From: Spongospora subterranea f. sp. subterranea
Lineage: Eukaryota
DNA: 23,918 bases
Assembly: GCA_049724395.1 (NCBI GenBank)
Contig: JAUGWO010000007.1
Location: forward strand, 372,001-395,918
Direction: 5' to 3'
Shown: positions 18,820-23,918 of the stretch, piece by piece
How positions within the stretch are numbered: the first letter of the stretch is position 1
Layout: each line of letters begins with the position of its first letter
Program-made: the position numbers and the translations under genes
The notes under the pieces: generated by a model
The model's input: only the letters and a program-made list of their open reading frames with translations
The model's database searches: none
Told to the model about the DNA's origin: nothing

Positions 18820-21800
18820 AAGAATTCTTTAGTATGAAAATGTATGTCATTTTATACAAAGGAAAGGATAGATCAGGGACGACACCGGGTGTCAGAAAAG
18901 GCATGGACTGGTTGAGGCTGATTGTTGGATGATTCGTATTTATACAATAGTTGTGTATTACGAATAGTGTCTATTATGTATGATGGACACATGGACTCGA
19001 CAACGTTAGCAACAGATTCAAAACCTGTTGGTTGTGGGTAGACTAGGGACAGTCAACGGTCAACAAATCGGTGATTTGAACGACCAGGTCAGAGCAGGAC
19101 CATGGGATCCGCAAGTTTCAGACAACGAAACTCCGTGAAAAACTGCGACAGTAGAGGGCTGCGGCACAGTGCCGTTAGAGATATGCCACAAATTCCAGGA
19201 AACTGCAACCGGAGGTGAGACAACGCCCGGCGTCAGAAAAAAACGTTAAGCATAAGAATGGAAAGTTCTTATGTTTGTGTTGCGGTTTGGAGGGACATAG
19301 TATGTCCAAGTGTCCACAGAAACCATCGAAGACAGAGATGGAATCGCTCTTGGTTAAACACAAAGACAAATGAAAGTTTTGTTTAAGAATAAACCATACA
19401 GCGATGGACAGTATATGAGGATTTGTCGGATTGGAGTTGCTAGCATAGAGAGCCAACAGAACGGTGATCTTTATGTCAGGACTATGACAGGATCCAACAG
19501 TAGTGATTTCTACAAAGTGTCAGAAATGCACGAACCGTCAACTGCAGACAAACAGTTGAGTGTTAGAGTGTCGACTGCAGGAATGATATTTCCAGGGGTA
19601 CTAGACAGTGGTACCCAGTCGACAGTTATACCGATGAGCATTGCGAAGAAAGCGCAGAGGCTCGAGGATAAGATCGGTATAAGGAAACTGGCAAAAGCAA
19701 TTAAGTTAATATTGCCAGATAGAGACAGTGGCGGAAGCAACACATGAGATGTTGGCTGATCTGACCCTGTATACAGCAACGGGCGAACTGATCATTCGGA
19801 ACCGGAGATGTTTGCTGTGGGATTCATCATTAGATGAAATATTGCTAGGTGAAGAGTTGTTGAAAGAGCTGGGGATAAATCCTAAGGATGCTCTAGAGTC
19901 GCTAATTCTAAAGAAGACATTAGGCGCCAACAATGAGGATAACATCAGTCATTGGGATTTGTACAACGATGATGATATTATTATTGGGGAAGATTTCCCA
20001 GAAGACAGTTTGAAGTCAATGGAAGACATGATGTCTCGTGCTATTGATAACGGATTGCCTATAGAATGGCAAATTCGACTAAGGAAGTTGATATGGAAGT
20101 ATCAAACTGTTTTGGAGAAGGTCGCTGGGACCTGATCCACCTGCAAATGTCACTCCTTTCGTAACGAACCTGAGGGAAGGAGTTGAACCTGTTAGGTGCA
20201 AATCCCGACGGTACAGCAAGGAACATAGTGAGTTCCTGGCGACATTTGTCAGCCTTCTGGAGAAATATGGATTGGTTTATGAAAACTACAATTGTGAGTG
20301 GGCCTCTCTGGTTGTGGTGGTCAGAAAACCCGGTGGTAAAGGATTACGTATGGTGGTTGATTTGCGAGAAGTCAACGCTCTATGCAAGGCAACTGCATGG
20401 CCCATGCCGTTTCTTGAATGAATAGTCAAGCATTTGGGTGGCTCCAAATATTGGTTTTCTCTAGACGCTTTCAAAGGTTTCTGGATGATGCCACTTGACG
20501 CCGATTGCAAAGAAATGTTTTTTTTATGACTGATCGAGTGGTTTACACTCCAACGAGATCCATTTAGGGAGCACTGAATTCTGCCACACAGTTCCAAGCT
20601 AGAATGCATGAGATATATAGGGAACTGCTGTATCAATCATTAATAATATGGATTGATGACATATTGGGACACGCAGACACTCAAGAGAAGCGGTTCCAGG
20701 TGTTAGAAACGACACTTAAATTGGCACAGGAATACGATATCAAATTCAACTTAGAGAAGTGTGAATTGTTCCAGATTAAGGCCAAATTCTGTGGAAGAAT
20801 ATTCACTCCTGAGGGTATGAGGCATGATCCGGCTAGAGTTGAGGCATTAGTAAATATGCAGAAGCCAACGACAGCGCGAGACTTGCACCAGTTTGTTATG
20901 GCTATTCAATGGATGAGTAGAGCCATTCCAGATTATGATAGATTAGTTCTGCCATTGCAGAATATCTATGAAAACGCCATGAAAGGTCAGCCGAAAATGA
21001 CCAAATCGGTGGCCAAGGGAATTTCATTGAGCGCGTTTGGTTGGAATGCTGTTTATGATGAAGCATTCAGCAGTATGAAGGCTGCGATCAGTAGACGAAC
21101 TCAGCTGAACTATCCTGACGAGGATATGGTTCAATGAGATGCGAGTCAATATCATAGTTCTGGTATGGTGACACAGATTCCACATGAGGATGTTGGGAAA
21201 CTGCCGTTCCATTATGAGAGACATGAACCGTTGGGATTCTGCGGACACAGATTCCATGGATCAGAATTGAACTGGTCTACGCCAGATAAGGAAGCATTCG
21301 CTATCTGGGACACAGTTAGGAAATTACACTATTTAATTCAATCTTCTACACCCTTTCTGCTTTTTACGGATCATAGGAATTTGACTTCCATGTATAATCT
21401 TGAAAAGCGCACGAAGCAAGCTGGGGAACGCTTGGAAAGATGGGGTAAGGATCTCAGATCATTTAGATTCAACATCGAACATATACCAGGAGACATGAAT
21501 GTCTGGGCTGATATGATGACTCGATGGGGGGCTGCATTATCAAAATCAGACATTGATAATGGCCTAAAGGGATCTGGATGCTGTTCTGAGAGATGCAATA
21601 GGATTACAGTTAATCGTGGTACTCAAAGGAGTAACGGATCGATAACTGATGAATCTGAGCATGTTGAGAATGATATCGATCATGATGCTAGGATAGACCC
21701 AACTGATGCATCACTTGGACCTCAAAACTTCAAGGATCAATTTCGGACTCAACCCATGAGTAAGTTGGTGTGGCCAACTGTTGATGAGATTACTCAAGAG

Positions 21801-22860
21801 CAGAGTAATTGGATTAAGGGTCGAGACAGGGATTCCTTAATCTTGAATTCAGATGGGTTGTTGCTAAATCACTCAGACAAAGTGGTTATCCCAGATGAAT
21901 GTGCCAATCTAAAGACTAGATTGGTCGATGATCAATGTGTGTTATTGCCCATGTTGGGACAAATTGTGGACATTATGGAATTAATGTAGTACTCAAACTA
22001 CTACAAGAACAATTTCATTGGAAATCGATGATCGATGATGTCACATCTATATGTAACTTGTGTTTACATTGCATTCCTACCAGAGGAGGGAAGAGAATCC
22101 CACGACCTTTTGGTGAAGCATGTCATGGAACTAGACCAAATCAAGTATTGCACTTTGATTTCATGTATATAATGCCTAGAGTGAAAGGATCATATCATGA
22201 GTTTGAATGGGTTCTAGTTATTGTAGATGACTTGTCAGGTTTGGCTCACCTGACACCAGCAGTGACTCCTGATACGGAGACGACTGTTGATGCGTTGATG
22301 GAATGGCGATCAAAGTTTGAAACATCAGAGGTGTATGTTTCAGATCAAGCTTCTTACTTTCTATCAGAAGTAATGAGGAGCTTTGCCAAGAAAGCGGGTT
22401 TGGACCAACATTGGACCACAGCGTATATTCACTATCCTCACGGGACAGTTGAGGTTGTGAATAAGGCACTGAGGTCTGTATTTCAAGCTCTGATTTTAGA
22501 GTTGAGGTGGAATAAAGAGGATTGGCCATGGTTGTTGAAAGCAATAGAACATGCTATCAACCATCGACCAAGAAGAGACTGGGGTGGAAAGCACCAGTAA
22601 CGGTTCATACGGGATTAAAGAGTGACAACAGAACAAATTGCCAGCAGAACTGAGACATTAGAGAGTGCTGTGAAACAGCTGCACAAAGAAGTTGCGGCTA
22701 TTACGAGTTCTGAACGGACCCAGAATCGTAAGTTGACAAAGACAAGGAAACCTCGGCAAAGACCAAATTTTGGTGTCGGAGATTTCGTCTTATGTAGCCC
22801 TGATGTTGAGAAGTCTGGACAGAAGCTCTTTCAGAGATGGAGAGGGCCATATCAGATTGT

Positions 22861-23349
22861 TGAGAATAACAATGGATATGTGTTTACTGTCATGAACTTA
22901 GTTGATATGTCAATGCGGAAAGTTCATGGGCATAGAATCCGTTTTTATGAGGATTCGAAGATGAATGTTATTGAGGAGATTTAAGAATCAGTCGGCATTT
23001 GACAATGCTACATTTGAAGCAGAGTTTATTGTAAGCTTGGTTCCTGTCTGTCCCGGTTGGAGAGGTAGGACCAGGTCAGTGCAAAATACTGAGTTCGAAA
23101 ACCCCGTGGGCTGGGATTTTGGGGATCCCTGAGGTTGTCCAGCTAATACGGAAGTAGAGCTCAGGTTGAGCATGAGAATAACAATGGATATGTGATTTGT
23201 ACTGTCATGAACTTAGTTGATAAGTCAATGCGGAAAGTTCATGGTCGGATAGAATCCTCATTTTATGACGATTCAAAGATGAATGTTACTGAGGAGATTA
23301 AGAATCAGTTTGCCTTTGACAATGCTACATTTGAAGCAGAGTTTATTGT
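22861..23349 (+). repeat. Diverged direct duplication (22861-23032 and 23173-23349) flanking a 140-bp unrelated spacer
   Basis: Both copies run from TGAGAATAACAATGGATATGTG to TTTGACAATGCTACATTTGAAGCAGAGTTTATTGT, with scattered substitutions and small indels. Confidence 0.93.
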
Positions 23350-23918
23350 GAACGTGAAAGTGGATTCGAAATCTCAATCGCTCGTAGCATTAGTAAAATG
23401 GTTGGGATTTTCAGAGACCGAAAATTCCTGGGAGCCATTAGAGCAAGTTGCTCAGGATGCAAGGACATTGGTTCAAGAATTCTTGATTGCAAACAAAACT
23501 CATTCACTGAGAAGTCAGATTGAGGTTTTGTTAGAGAAATTGATGGACAAATCAATTGATGTGGTTGCTTCACCAGAGTTGAAGCGTAAGGCCAAGTCAT
23601 ATCCCAGGCGTCGGAAACTGAGAGCCCACAGTTAGCCTACGATATGATTGAAGCAGTGTTGCGATATTATTATGATTTTTTTGGTTTAGTGAGTGAAAGT
23701 CTCACAGTACCTTGGATGAGGATTCATTCATGGTCTGGCAACAAGATAGTCAGTGAGGACTAGATTGATATCAGAAACGATATTGAATTATTGATTAGGG
23801 AAAGTATAACCTACTTGTAAAAGATTCCTATTTTTTTGCATAATAATTATAGACGCAACCTGGCTTCAGGATATTTCGGATTTTTATCTAAAATTTTCAT
23901 GGGTGGGGCATTTTTTTG

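Larger units (their letters stand above)
18620..23918 (+). mobile_element. Decayed Ty3/gypsy chromodomain-bearing retrotransposon B (5' LTR, partial Gag, PR, RT, RNase H, integrase, chromodomain), running to the window edge
   Basis: Zinc knuckle CLCCGLEGHSMSKC (19272-19313); protease VLDSGTQSTVI; RT 'WPMPFLE', 'FSLDAFKGFWMMPL', 'IIWIDDILG', 'FCGRIF'; RNase H 'WSTPDKEAFAI...LFTDHRNL...IEHIPGDMNVWADMMTRWG'; integrase H-H-C-C, 'LHFDF', 'SDQASYF', 'GTVEVVN', 'FGVGDFVL...WRGPYQI'; chromodomain 'LVKWLGFSETENSWEPLEQV'. Multiple stops and frameshifts. Possible PPT GGGTGGGG at 23901-23908. Confidence 0.95.

Noticed and set aside
1..23918. Prokaryotic systems (CRISPR arrays, operons, defence islands, retrons)
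   Set aside because: There are no repeat-spacer arrays or operon structure. Spliceosomal introns and LTR elements show eukaryotic DNA, and the RTs are gypsy-type.

Overview
This is eukaryotic nuclear DNA from a compact, intron-rich protist-type genome (GT-AG introns mostly 37-70 nt; a phytomyxid/SAR-like organism is only a guess). In order: (1) a decayed Ty1/copia gag-protease remnant (~270-870), just upstream of an atypical, CpG-free tRNA gene with anticodon AAT (1031-1103); (2) about 3 kb of decayed or unassignable coding-like sequence; (3) four tightly packed multi-exon genes, namely a KIAA0825/DUF4495-like gene (-), an ~874-aa CH-CH/coiled-coil/PH/RNI-type LRR protein (+), an EF-hand-like plus long coiled-coil protein (-) with a probable +1 frameshift, and a type II membrane GT60 polypeptide alpha-GlcNAc-transferase (+); (4) two decayed chromodomain-bearing Ty3/gypsy retrotransposons, with the + strand element (200-bp LTR at 18620-18819) inserted into the RT of the - strand element. 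I see no self-evident new multi-gene system. The best leads are the actin-binding/PH/LRR fusion architecture, the protist KIAA0825-like gene, the possibly anticodon-shifted tRNA, the CpG-decay signature and the nested or chimeric retroelement structure. All gene models were spliced by eye, and all family assignments come from recalled motifs, not searches.
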